Source of the DNA: an uncultured bacterium
Lineage (GTDB): Bacteria; Babelota; Babeliae; Babelales; Babelaceae
DNA length: 64,000 nt
Assembly (NCBI GenBank): GCA_963848965.1
Contig: CAWKFG010000004.1
Span: 576,001 to 640,000 of the forward strand
Reading direction: 5' to 3'
The notes beneath the pieces were generated by a model, which searched no databases, was not told the origin of the DNA, and saw only the letters and a program-made list of their open reading frames with translations. Made by a program: the position numbers and the translations under genes. Positions 19,686 through 29,886 of the stretch are shown here, piece by piece; the first letter of the stretch is position 1; the number at the start of each line of letters is the position of its first letter.

Positions 19686-20882
19686 TTAGGAAATAATACG
19701 GTAGAATCTATGTTTACCTACTTTTATAAACATCTCTGGCTGCACCGCTATAAGCGCTTTAACATTGGTTACTTTTTCGTCACCAATATGCACTGCTCCT
19801 GCTTCAATGAGCCTGCGTGCCTCTGAATTAGTCTCAACAGCTTTAAGATGCCTTAACAAATCCACAATCCATACTTCTTTATTAAGCAATTCTGCAGCTT
19901 CTATAGGTTGTGCATGAGTATAATCTTTTTTCTGGAAAAGCTCTTCAAAAACATGGCGTGCTTGTGTAGCCTCTTCTGGCGACCAAAAACGAGCAATAAT
20001 GCCAAAAGCCATAGCCTTTTTAAGATCCATAGGATGCGCTTTGCCTGTTTCTACATCATGCTTCATAGAAGCAATTTCACCATCTGTTTTATGCAAGAGC
20101 ACATGATAATAGCGCCACATAAGATCATCAGAAATAGACATAAGCTTTCCATACACCTGATCTGCAGGCTCTGTAAGACCAATAGCATTGCCAAGAGATT
20201 TAGACATCTTCGCTTGACCATCAAGGCCCTCTAAGAGCGGCACTGTTAAAATTGCCTGCGGCTCTTGACCATAATGTTCCTGGAGATACCGTCCCATAAG
20301 AAGATTAAATGTTTGATCAGTTCCCCCAAGCTCTACATCTGCATGTAAAGCTACAGAATCATACCCTTGCATAAGCGGATACAAAAGTTCATGAAAGCCA
20401 ACACTTTGATGCTCTGCTATACGAGTTGCAAAATCTTCACGCTCAATGATACGAGCAAGTGTTACTTTTCCACAAAGCTCTACCCACTCTCTGCTTGTTA
20501 ATTTGTCAAGCCATTCTGAGTTATAGCGTACTGTTACTTTGTTTGGATCAAGAATTTTGCTTACTTGTTCAAAATAGGTTTTTGTATTATGAGCAATTTG
20601 TTCTGCAGAAAGCGGTGGCCGTGTTTTTGACCTTCCTGTTGGATCTCCAATAAGTGCTGTAAAATCCCCAATTAAAAAGATAACTTCATGCCCTAAATCT
20701 TGGAACTGCTTAAGCTTTGAAAGAGCAACAGCATGACCTAAATGCAAATCTGGTGCAGTAGGATCCATACCCAATTTTATACGTAATCTTTTACCCCATT
20801 CTAACTTTTTACGAAATTCATCTTCAGGAATAATCTGCTGAGCTCCTGCTCGTAATTGCTCAAAAGCGCTTTTAGTGCTCAT
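19686..20882 (-). CDS. tyrS: Tyrosyl-tRNA synthetase
   Basis: [20 protein letters not shown]-terminal S4-like domain. Confidence 0.97.
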   Translation of the reverse strand: MSTKSAFEQLRAGAQQIIPEDEFRKKLEWGKRLRIKLGMDPTAPDLHLGHAVALSKLKQFQDLGHEVIFLIGDFTALIGDPTGRSKTRPPLSAEQIAHNTKTYFEQVSKILDPNKVTVRYNSEWLDKLTSREWVELCGKVTLARIIEREDFATRIAEHQSVGFHELLYPLMQGYDSVALHADVELGGTDQTFNLLMGRYLQEHYGQEPQAILTVPLLEGLDGQAKMSKSLGNAIGLTEPADQVYGKLMSISDDLMWRYYHVLLHKTDGEIASMKHDVETGKAHPMDLKKAMAFGIIARFWSPEEATQARHVFEELFQKKDYTHAQPIEAAELLNKEVWIVDLLRHLKAVETNSEARRLIEAGAVHIGDEKVTNVKALIAVQPEMFIKVGKHRFYRIIS

Positions 20883-21631
20883 AAATGATATGCTCCAAAC
20901 AATAATGCGATTTTACAAGCTCCCCATATGGTAGTTTTCAAAAGATAATAACCAAGAGGGTCTGCAAAAAAGTAAACAATAATAAATGGTCCAAAAAATG
21001 AAAGATAATCTGCATATTCAATATATTTATACCCTTTTTCAAAACCAATTATAAGTGCATACCGCAGCCCATTTAAAATAATGCTAATCGTTGCAATAAA
21101 GATATTAAGGTACACAAGAGAAATTAACAGAAATGCAAAGATTATCGAGAATGTAGAATAATCTCCTTGAAATACCGTTGCTATATTCAAGTGAGGCGTA
21201 GAAGAAAATAATACTGTTAACGATTTGGCATAGTATCCAAAAAGCTTAAAAACTAACGACATAGTCATATCATGGCCAAATGTTCCTACAGAGATTACTA
21301 AAGCAATAAGCGCTAAAAATAAGCTTACAAGCGCTTCAGTAATATGCATAAGAGCTAATTTAAGTAACCGAAAACGACCACTGATTGCTAACGGGTTAAT
21401 CGGCACCATATGCGGCCAACCAATACGAAAAAGTACTACTGCTAAGAAACTAAAGATATCAAAGTGCACTAACGGATTAAGGCTTGCATATCCTGCTTCA
21501 TAAGCAGTATCGTCACCCATTTTTAAAGCAACCCACGTTTGAATTACCCCATTAATAGTAATAGATATAAAATATGCAAGTAGAAGAAGAACAAGAGAAA
21601 AAAGTGATTCTGCAAGAGCAAGATTGATCAT
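20879..21631 (-). CDS. Site-2 protease (M50)-like membrane protein lacking HExxH
   Basis: A..MGD.T...[24 protein letters not shown] replaces HExxH. Confidence 0.65.
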   Translation of the reverse strand: MINLALAESLFSLVLLLLAYFISITINGVIQTWVALKMGDDTAYEAGYASLNPLVHFDIFSFLAVVLFRIGWPHMVPINPLAISGRFRLLKLALMHITEALVSLFLALIALVISVGTFGHDMTMSLVFKLFGYYAKSLTVLFSSTPHLNIATVFQGDYSTFSIIFAFLLISLVYLNIFIATISIILNGLRYALIIGFEKGYKYIEYADYLSFFGPFIIVYFFADPLGYYLLKTTIWGACKIALLFGAYHL

Positions 21632-21811
21632 AAAAACAATACACAATGTTAAGAAATTTTATAGCAAGTTCCTCTTTATTATAGCATAATGCATTATTTT
21701 TGCCAACTACACTCAGCTTATTATCTCATAGATACGCTCATATATTGACAATGCGTATTCCTTCTTAGCATGCTAAAATTACTTTCATTTCATAACAAAA
21801 AAGGAGTGTAT

Positions 21812-22786
21812 ATGATTCACTTTTTTCTCAGCATACTTGCTTTATGTGCATTTTCTTGTCTGAGCGCAGAGCAGAGTAACGAGCAGCAAGGCATACCTTT
21901 AGAACAAGAAGTATCTACACGAAGCTGCAAAAAACACTGCTCTTGTAAAAGAAAGAGAAAGTGTACACAGTTTCAGGGCTTTGTTCCATGCAATGGACTT
22001 CAGCTTTTTACAACGCTCCAGGGGTGCGGTAAACAAACAATTGTATTTTTACATGGCTTTCCTGCAGATTCACAAGTGTGGAATCAACAAAGACAAGCAT
22101 TTAATAACTGCTATAGAACATTAGCATATGACCAAAGAGGATTTGGTAAATCAAGTCAACCTGCTGGACCCTATGACATTGCTGCATACGTACAAGATCT
22201 CCGTTGCGTTTTAGACCACTTTGGGATACAAAAACCGATTCTAGTTGGTCATTCGTTTTCAGGAGAAGTTGCTATTCAATTTGCTTCTCTCTTTCCAGAT
22301 AGAGTATGTAAGCTTGTACTTGTGAGCACCAGCGCTAAACTTGTTGCGAGCCCTGATTTTCCATTTGGCGCATCTCCTGAAGCCATAGGACAAATTGTAG
22401 CACTTATTCAAAAAAATCTACGTGCAGGGCTCACTGCATTTGTTAGTGCCGGCTTTCCAGAACCTAATACCGAAGCTCTACAACAACAAGTGATAGAACA
22501 AGGCTTACAATCAACTCAGGCAACTGTTCTAAGTTTCTTCCGTGATACAAGTCCTACTGATGTACGTCCTCTGCTTCCTTCAATTACTGTTCCAACACTT
22601 ATTGTTCATGGAACAAGTGATAACATAATTCCCTTCCCAGCAGGACTATTTTTACGAGACAACATTAGAAACTCTCAATTTGTTGCCTTTGAAGGTAAAG
22701 GTCATTTTCTTTTCTTGACCGATCCTACAAAGTTTACACAGGTAATGACAAATTTTTTACGTACAACCCCTGCTTGTTGCAGATAA
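21812..22786 (+). CDS. Secreted alpha/beta hydrolase (non-heme haloperoxidase/esterase-like), copy 1
   Basis: HGFP, YDQRGFGKS, GHSFSG, HGTSD, GH; ATG after AGGAG. Confidence 0.9.
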   Translation: MIHFFLSILALCAFSCLSAEQSNEQQGIPLEQEVSTRSCKKHCSCKRKRKCTQFQGFVPCNGLQLFTTLQGCGKQTIVFLHGFPADSQVWNQQRQAFNNCYRTLAYDQRGFGKSSQPAGPYDIAAYVQDLRCVLDHFGIQKPILVGHSFSGEVAIQFASLFPDRVCKLVLVSTSAKLVASPDFPFGASPEAIGQIVALIQKNLRAGLTAFVSAGFPEPNTEALQQQVIEQGLQSTQATVLSFFRDTSPTDVRPLLPSITVPTLIVHGTSDNIIPFPAGLFLRDNIRNSQFVAFEGKGHFLFLTDPTKFTQVMTNFLRTTPACCR

Positions 22787-22802
22787 ACAGTACCTTTATA
22801 CT

Positions 22803-22830
22803 AAAAGGAGGCATATTCATGCCTCCTTTT
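22803..22830 (+). terminator. Terminator hairpin
   Basis: AAAAGGAGGCAT-attc-ATGCCTCCTTTT. Confidence 0.8.
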
Positions 22831-23017
22831 CTTTACTAACTTTTATGTCTTTTATTAAACTTGAGCATCAGTACTTGAAGGGTCTTTTTCTTTGCTTGAA
22901 AAACTTATATGCGATTGTACTGGCTTATTATTCAATAGATCCGTCCATATGTTGACAATAGCTATTTCTTCTTAGCATGCTAAAATTACTTTCATCTTAT
23001 AACCATAAGGAGCGTAT

Positions 23018-23992
23018 ATGATTCATTTTCTTTTCAGCATACTTGCTTTATGTGCATTTTCTTGTCTGAGCGCAGAGCAGAGTAACGAGCAACAAGGCAT
23101 ACCTTTAGAACAAGAAGTATCTACACGAAGCTGCAAAAAACACTGCTCTTGTAAAAGAAAGAGAAAGTGCACACAGTTTCAAGGTTTTGTTCCATGCAAT
23201 GGACTTCAACTCTTTACAACAGTACAAGGATGCGGTAAGCAAACAATTGTATTCTTACATGGCTTTCCTGCAGACTCACAAGTGTGGAATCAACAAAGAC
23301 AAGTGTTTAATAAGTGTTATAGAACGTTAGCATATGATCAAAGAGGATTTGGAAAATCAAGTCAACCTACAGGACCTTATGACGTTACTGCATATGCACA
23401 AGATCTTCGCTGTATCCTAGATCACTTTAGCATACAAAAACCGATTATAGTTGCCCACTCATTTGCAACAGAAGTTGTACTGAAATTTATTTCACTTTTT
23501 CCTGATAGAGTCTGTAAACTTGTGCTTGTCAGCGGAAATGCAAAATTCCTTGCAAGCCCAGACTATCCTTTTGGTGTACAGCCTGAATTTTTACAACAGT
23601 TAGTAACACTTGTACAAAGAAGCTTACTTGAAGGACTCACTGCATTTGTAAATCTTTCTTTTCCTGAACCTAATACTGAAGCTTTAAAAAAGCAAGTTCT
23701 TGAACAAGGTCTTCAGTCAAGCCAAGCCACTGTTTTAAGCTTTGGCCAAGGAATAGCTCCTACAGATGTACGTTCTGTTCTTCCGTCAATCACTATTCCA
23801 ACGCTCATTGTTCATGGGACAAACGATAACATATTCCCTTTCCAAGCAGGGCTATTTTTACGCGATAACATCAGAAACTCTCAATTTGTTGCCTTTGAAG
23901 GTAAAGGCCACTTTCCTTTCTTAACTGATCCTACAAGGTTTACACAAGTAGTAGAAAATTTCTTACGCTCAACTCCTGCTTGCTGCAGATAA
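23018..23992 (+). CDS. Secreted alpha/beta hydrolase, copy 2 (tandem duplicate)
   Basis: Near-identical N-terminus to copy 1; AHSFAT elbow; duplicated upstream promoter-like region. Confidence 0.9.
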   Translation: MIHFLFSILALCAFSCLSAEQSNEQQGIPLEQEVSTRSCKKHCSCKRKRKCTQFQGFVPCNGLQLFTTVQGCGKQTIVFLHGFPADSQVWNQQRQVFNKCYRTLAYDQRGFGKSSQPTGPYDVTAYAQDLRCILDHFSIQKPIIVAHSFATEVVLKFISLFPDRVCKLVLVSGNAKFLASPDYPFGVQPEFLQQLVTLVQRSLLEGLTAFVNLSFPEPNTEALKKQVLEQGLQSSQATVLSFGQGIAPTDVRSVLPSITIPTLIVHGTNDNIFPFQAGLFLRDNIRNSQFVAFEGKGHFPFLTDPTRFTQVVENFLRSTPACCR

Positions 23993-24005
23993 CAGTCTAT
24001 TTATA

Positions 24006-24037
24006 AGAAAAAGAGGCATGAATATGCCTCTTTTTCT
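24006..24037. terminator. Bidirectional terminator
   Basis: AGAAAAAGAGGCAT-gaat-ATGCCTCTTTTTCT between convergent genes. Confidence 0.8.
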
Positions 24038-24064
24038 GTGTAGCTTTTATGCTTACAAGTGCTA

Positions 24065-24799
24065 TTAATCTAGAGCATTAGTGCTTGAAAGAGCCTTTTC
24101 TGGTTGATTAAGGAGTGATGCAATTGACATACGTAAAGCCTGGCTTGGTGCAACAGATCGCTCTGTTCGCGTAGGTAAAGTAGGTATATCACGACTTGCT
24201 TCTTCTAGAGCCTGAAAAAATCTTGGCTCAGTTCCACGCGCTTGCTCACTTTGAGCTACACTTGCTAAAAAAGATAACGCAGGTACTTGCTCTATTACAC
24301 CTGATTCAATAATTTCGTCTTTTTCTAGCATCTGTGCTTTTTCATGCCGCTCTTTATGCTCATTTAATCGGCCCAAGCTATTAAAAGCACCATTACAATA
24401 ATCACACTTATAAGATTTTTCTTCTTGTCCTTGATGTACTAATACAACGTGTGTTTTAAGATCATTTGTTGCAAAAAAAGTATGTCCACAGTCATCACAT
24501 GTATAACGACGTTTCTTTTCATGTACCCGTTTCATATGTGTTCTTACGTTTCCTTGCTGGGTAAATTCTTTTCCGCATATAGTACAAGGATATTTTTTGC
24601 CTGTATGCGCGTTCATATGAATTTTTAAAATACCTTTGGTTCCAAAAGTTTTACTACATACTTCGCATGGATAGGTTTTTTTACTCCCATTTTCTTGTAT
24701 AGTTTGTTTGCGCTCAGCAATAGAAGGACTTATCTCCATCCCATATGTTTTTGCAAAAATGCACATCAGCATTATAATACCATAAAGTACTTTCATCAT
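24065..24799 (-). CDS. Secreted eukaryote-like C2H2 zinc-finger protein (4 fingers)
   Basis: Signal KTYG|ME; four CxxC-x12-H-x3/4-H units, HTGKKYPC linker. Confidence 0.9.
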   Translation of the reverse strand: MMKVLYGIIMLMCIFAKTYGMEISPSIAERKQTIQENGSKKTYPCEVCSKTFGTKGILKIHMNAHTGKKYPCTICGKEFTQQGNVRTHMKRVHEKKRRYTCDDCGHTFFATNDLKTHVVLVHQGQEEKSYKCDYCNGAFNSLGRLNEHKERHEKAQMLEKDEIIESGVIEQVPALSFLASVAQSEQARGTEPRFFQALEEASRDIPTLPTRTERSVAPSQALRMSIASLLNQPEKALSSTNALD

Positions 24800-25011
24800 T
24801 ATCCTTATATAATATAAAATAATATTTTATTTAAGATTTGCTTAAGCAATGCAAAGTACTTATTATATTATCTATTTTAAAATTTTAGTCAAACCCCAGA
24901 GTACGTTATCTGCTTTTGTACGAGGATAAATACCTATTTTTGCTTTCGCTTTATACCTATGGTATAGTAAAAGAGAAATTATTTATACGCTCTTTGATTA
25001 TGTAATAAACG

Positions 25012-27477
25012 ATGGATAAAAAATACGATCATTTAAAAGCTGAAGCTGAAGCACAAGAATTATGGCACAAACAGGATACTTATGCTCTTGAGAATAATCC
25101 TGGTCCCCTCTATAGCATTGATACACCACCGCCTACAGTGTCTGGTTCATTGCACATAGGGCATATTTTTTCATATACACAAACTGATATTATTGCTCGC
25201 TATAAACGTATGAGCGGTTTTAGTGTTTTTTATCCCTTTGGTTTTGACGACAATGGGTTACCTACTGAGCGGTATGTTGAAAAAAAGCTTAATATTAATG
25301 CACATGCACTTACTCGCTCTGCTTTTATTGAACTGTGTTTACAAGAAACAGTTGCTATAGAAAAACAATTTGAACAGCTCTGGCGCCGTATTGGCCTTTC
25401 TGTTGACTGGAAACTCTCTTACTCTACCATTGATGAACGAGCACGTAACATATCACAGCTATCATTCATTGAGCTTTATAAAAAGGGCTTTATTTATCGT
25501 AAAAATGAGCCCGCTCCTTATTGCACTAATTGCAGGACATCGGTAGCCCAAGCTGAACTTGATGATGCTCAAAAAGCATCAACATTTAACGATGTTATTT
25601 TTACTTCAAACAATGAAAAATTGATCGTTGCTACAACACGTCCTGAACTATTACCTGCAGTTGTAGCACTCATGTATAATCCTCATGATACTCGCTATCA
25701 ACATCTTAAGGGACAAATAGCCATTACTCCTTTATTTGGCCAAGAAATACCTATTTTAGAAGATGAGGGTGTAGAGCTAGATAAGGGTACTGGTCTTGCT
25801 ATGGTATCTACCTTTGGTGATAAAGCAGATGTACAGTGGTTTAAAAAGCATAATCTTCCTTATAGACCTGCTATTGGTCTTGATGGAAAATGGTTAGAAA
25901 GCACAGGACCTCTTGCTGGCATGCGCGTAGCAACCGGCCGAGAGACAGTACTTAAGCTGCTTCAAGAGCACGGCCTTTTAGTAAGCTCACGACCTATTAG
26001 TCATGTGGTCAATGTTCATGAACGGTGCAAAAAAGAGATAGAGTATCTTGCATTACCACAATGGTTTTTATCATTATTGCCGTATAAACAAGAATTTCTC
26101 AGACTTGGCGACGAGATTGCCTGGTATCCTGAATTTATGAAAGCGCGGTACAAAGATTGGGTAGAAAATATTAGCTGGGATTGGTGTCTATCACGACAGC
26201 GTTTTTATGGAATTCCCTTTCCTACATGGCATTGCACTGCATGTGGAGAGATTCTTTTAGCTAATCCAAATGAGCTTCCTGTAGATCCTCAAGAAAAGCC
26301 TTATGAAGGTCCATGTCCACGATGTCATTCACGTGATATTAAGCCTGACACAGATGTTATGGACACGTGGAATACATCTTCGCTTACTCCCTATATTTGT
26401 GCAAGTCTTTACCGCAAAGAAACTAATGATCCCTTTAATGTTACTCATGCATTAGAATTTTTACCAATGACAATGCGTCCACAAGCACATGATATTATCA
26501 GAACGTGGGCCTTTGATACTATAGTAAAAGTATGGATGCATAATACTACTATACCATGGAATGACATTGTTATTTCTGGCCATGTATTGAGCACTGAAAA
26601 AGAAAAAATTTCTAAATCAAAAGGAAATAGTCCTCTTGCTCCTGAATCTCTTTTATCGGTCTATCCTGCTGATGCTATTAGATATTGGACTGCTTCCGGA
26701 AGTTTAGGATATGATACTGCGTTTTCTGAAAACCAATTAAGTATTGGACAAAAGTTGCTTATTAAACTGTGGAATGCATTTAGATTTGCACAGCCTTACT
26801 TAGAGCATTTTAATCCTAGACATGATACCCCTGCTTATCTTGGCCATGTCAATGAGTGGCTTTTAGATACTATCAGCGTTAGTTATAAAACATATATGAA
26901 ATACTTTCAGGTATACGAATTTAGTCTTGCTCTTGATACTATTGAAAAGTTTTTCTGGCATACATTCTGTGATAACTATTTAGAACTTATTAAAGATCAG
27001 CTTACTAATCCCGATAATTATTCTGCAGATGAAGTATATGCTACAAAATGGACATTATATCACGCTGGATTGCGTATTTTACAAATGTATGCCCCTTTTG
27101 TGCCCCATGTTACCGAAACTATCTATGGAATCCTTTATAGAACAACTATGCAAACGGCATCACTCCATCAAACAAAGTTTGATGATCATCAAACTTTGTA
27201 TACCTTTAAAGAGAGCACAGCGGCTATGGAAAAAATGCTTTCTCTTATTTCTCAAGTACGCAAACTTAAAAGCGAACATCAATTATCTTTACGAGCAGAT
27301 CTTGAAAAGCTTATATTTTACCCAACACACAAAGAAGATGCTCTTGTACTCCTTAAACAAGAGGCTCTTATTAAGGGTATTACACGAGCACAGACAGTTG
27401 AATATAAGTTAGAAAAACCAACAACTTCTACCCTTGAAGAACATGATGGTAAGTGGTATGCACATATAGTCCTATGA
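25012..27477 (+). CDS. valS: Valyl-tRNA synthetase (short, archaeal/type-2-like)
   Basis: IDTPPPTVSGSLHIGH, DWCLSRQR, RPQAHDIIRTW, KISKSKGN. Confidence 0.95.
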   Translation: MDKKYDHLKAEAEAQELWHKQDTYALENNPGPLYSIDTPPPTVSGSLHIGHIFSYTQTDIIARYKRMSGFSVFYPFGFDDNGLPTERYVEKKLNINAHALTRSAFIELCLQETVAIEKQFEQLWRRIGLSVDWKLSYSTIDERARNISQLSFIELYKKGFIYRKNEPAPYCTNCRTSVAQAELDDAQKASTFNDVIFTSNNEKLIVATTRPELLPAVVALMYNPHDTRYQHLKGQIAITPLFGQEIPILEDEGVELDKGTGLAMVSTFGDKADVQWFKKHNLPYRPAIGLDGKWLESTGPLAGMRVATGRETVLKLLQEHGLLVSSRPISHVVNVHERCKKEIEYLALPQWFLSLLPYKQEFLRLGDEIAWYPEFMKARYKDWVENISWDWCLSRQRFYGIPFPTWHCTACGEILLANPNELPVDPQEKPYEGPCPRCHSRDIKPDTDVMDTWNTSSLTPYICASLYRKETNDPFNVTHALEFLPMTMRPQAHDIIRTWAFDTIVKVWMHNTTIPWNDIVISGHVLSTEKEKISKSKGNSPLAPESLLSVYPADAIRYWTASGSLGYDTAFSENQLSIGQKLLIKLWNAFRFAQPYLEHFNPRHDTPAYLGHVNEWLLDTISVSYKTYMKYFQVYEFSLALDTIEKFFWHTFCDNYLELIKDQLTNPDNYSADEVYATKWTLYHAGLRILQMYAPFVPHVTETIYGILYRTTMQTASLHQTKFDDHQTLYTFKESTAAMEKMLSLISQVRKLKSEHQLSLRADLEKLIFYPTHKEDALVLLKQEALIKGITRAQTVEYKLEKPTTSTLEEHDGKWYAHIVL

Positions 27478-27920
27478 TCACTATTAAAAACACACAAAAA
27501 AAAGTAGAGCTTGATAAAAAGAAAGTACAAGCAGATGTACAAAAGATTTTAGACATTCTTAAGTACTCTGATTTCGATATTGGTATTTGGTTTACTGGTA
27601 ATAAAACTATACAAAAGTATAATCAAACATATCGCTCTAAGAATGTACCTACTGATATTCTTTCATTTCCCAATTACCCCTCGCTTAAACCAGGAGAGCG
27701 CATAAAAGCTCAAACAGAAGATGATCGCAATTTAGGAGATCTTATACTTTCACTAGAGTATGTTCAAAAAGATGCTCAACGGTTAAACATCTCCTTTGAA
27801 GATCGGCTCAAAGAACTTTTAGTGCATGGCATGTGCCATCTTCTTGGCTATGATCATATCGAAGATAAAGACTATAAACGTATGCGAGCAAAAGAGGTAT
27901 ATCTTCTTAAACATCTTTAG
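27474..27920 (+). CDS. ybeY: rRNA maturation endoribonuclease YbeY
   Basis: PTDILSF, LGD, HGMCHLLGYDH; ATGA overlap with the valS stop. Confidence 0.95.
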   Translation: MITIKNTQKKVELDKKKVQADVQKILDILKYSDFDIGIWFTGNKTIQKYNQTYRSKNVPTDILSFPNYPSLKPGERIKAQTEDDRNLGDLILSLEYVQKDAQRLNISFEDRLKELLVHGMCHLLGYDHIEDKDYKRMRAKEVYLLKHL

Positions 27921-28029
27921 TATGACTTGATGAGTAGCTGATAGCAGAAGAATAAGATATCTTTCTCAAAGCACTTACAAGTGTAAATACTATCATCACG
28001 ATAAGTAATAATACAACTGAAAAACGCAT
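27907..28029 (-). CDS. Putative 40-aa single-TM small protein
   Basis: MRFSVVLLLIVMIVFTLVSALRKISYSSAISYSSSHTKDV; G6 RBS 6 nt upstream. Confidence 0.4.
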   Translation of the reverse strand: MRFSVVLLLIVMIVFTLVSALRKISYSSAISYSSSHTKDV

Positions 28030-28184
28030 ATCTAGCCCCCCTATCTGATAGAACAAACACCATTTCTAGTGTAGTCACTATCCTTTTTTTGTCAATTTAA
28101 TTTAGCAACTTGCAAGCTTTTAATATAAGCATTATAATTACATTAATTACAAATAATCTATCTAATAAGCTCGGGGGGGCCACT

Positions 28185-29873
28185 ATGAAATTTATATATA
28201 GATATATTTTTATACTACTTTGTACTTCTTATGCGTATGCAATGGAACAGGATAAAGAACAGAAGTCGCGAGTACCATCTTTGTTTACTCTATGCCAAAG
28301 ACAAGCAATTACTGTTCTTTCTCAAGGACGGCTCAGCTTACGACAATTAAGAGAGCTTTTAGTTCTTTATAAAGATCTGCCTGCTAATATACTGACCCCT
28401 ATTATTTCATCGCTTGCTAATAATAACATCCTTCAACAAAACCATGGAGAAATTCCGCTGCTACTTGCTTTAGCAGAGTATTGTGCTTATCAAAGTAACA
28501 ATACCTGTTTGGAAAAAAACGCTCAAGAGATAAAAGAAGAAAGAAAAAAAGGTGAAGTACATAAAGGGGTAAGCAGAGATCACCTTCTTAGACGTCTTAA
28601 TCAAGCAATGGAACTGCCAGATACGTGTCCTTATGCAGCCCTTTTTATTACTCTTATCTCTAAAGCTCTTTACGCTGTCCAAGTACAAGATAGAGCATTT
28701 GAACAACCTTTGGTTACCGCCTGCCTTTATGATTATAAAACAGTTGTTGATTACCTTATTGCTCACCACACACGATTTCTCGACTTTACACATGCTGTAA
28801 TACAGCTTATGGAAAGAAACGAAGAAAAAGCTTGTATACTTATCAATCTTTTGAAAGATCGTAAAAAAAAGTTACAGACTCAAAGTCCCTTCTGCTTTGA
28901 TAGTAATAGTCTCTTTATACACGCCTTTACACACCGCTATACAAAGGTTCTACATTTGTTAGAAGCAGACATAGATTTTAAGGAGCTCCCTCTTGGATTC
29001 GTTCAGACTAATTATCTTTTTCTTAATAGATGGGCAGAAGATTGTATTTTAAGAGGAGATATATCACTATGCTCTCAGCTTATTGAGCGCATTAAAGCAA
29101 AGTGTGATATTAATCGTGTGTTGCTTCAAGTACCGGAATCTGGTTTTGCACATTCAACTCTCTTGTCAGCTGCTTTGACAAAAGAGTATGTAAAACTCGC
29201 TGCTTTATTACTTTCTCAAGGCGCAAATCCTAATAATGCATTACATGGAATACCTCTGTTGTATCAGACATGTCTACAAAATAATATTCTCCTTACTCAG
29301 CTGTTACTTGAATATGGTGCTAATGTTAACGCACGTTACCAACCAGAACAAGAAAATGAAGATACAGGTAATACAGCATTGCATATAGCAGCTCAACAGG
29401 GAAATGTAGATTGCGTTCGACTGCTTATAGAACATGGAGCACATATTACTATCAAAAACGAAGCAGATGTTACACCTTTACATAAAGCATGCTTCTATGG
29501 ACACAGTGAAATTGTGCAAGAACTTTTACAAAGAGGAGCAGAAGTAAATGCTCAAGATATAGAAGAAAGCACACCATTACATACCGCTTGCAAGCGAGCA
29601 GACCTTGAGCTTGTTAAGCTCTTACTTAAGCATAAGGCAGAAGTAAATAGTAAAACCGCTCTCGGACATACACCTCTTCATTCAGTGCTTTATGAACTTT
29701 TAGCAGATGATAGCAAAAAAGATCTACAAAAGCAGGTTATAGAGCTCCTTTTAGCTCATGGCGCTCAAATAGATGTAATGAACAATGATGATGATACTCC
29801 TTTAGATCTTGCTCAAGACTATGAAGATCCTGAAATCTTAGCTCTTTTTAAGGACAAAGGAAAAAAAGAGTAA
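28185..29873 (+). CDS. Secreted ankyrin protein with N-terminal BC-box/SOCS-box-like motif
   Basis: YAYA|ME, VPSLFTLCQRQAI...LPANI, about 7 C-terminal ankyrin repeats; GGGGG RBS. Confidence 0.85.
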   Translation: MKFIYRYIFILLCTSYAYAMEQDKEQKSRVPSLFTLCQRQAITVLSQGRLSLRQLRELLVLYKDLPANILTPIISSLANNNILQQNHGEIPLLLALAEYCAYQSNNTCLEKNAQEIKEERKKGEVHKGVSRDHLLRRLNQAMELPDTCPYAALFITLISKALYAVQVQDRAFEQPLVTACLYDYKTVVDYLIAHHTRFLDFTHAVIQLMERNEEKACILINLLKDRKKKLQTQSPFCFDSNSLFIHAFTHRYTKVLHLLEADIDFKELPLGFVQTNYLFLNRWAEDCILRGDISLCSQLIERIKAKCDINRVLLQVPESGFAHSTLLSAALTKEYVKLAALLLSQGANPNNALHGIPLLYQTCLQNNILLTQLLLEYGANVNARYQPEQENEDTGNTALHIAAQQGNVDCVRLLIEHGAHITIKNEADVTPLHKACFYGHSEIVQELLQRGAEVNAQDIEESTPLHTACKRADLELVKLLLKHKAEVNSKTALGHTPLHSVLYELLADDSKKDLQKQVIELLLAHGAQIDVMNNDDDTPLDLAQDYEDPEILALFKDKGKKE

Positions 29874-29886
29874 GCATACTGGGCCC

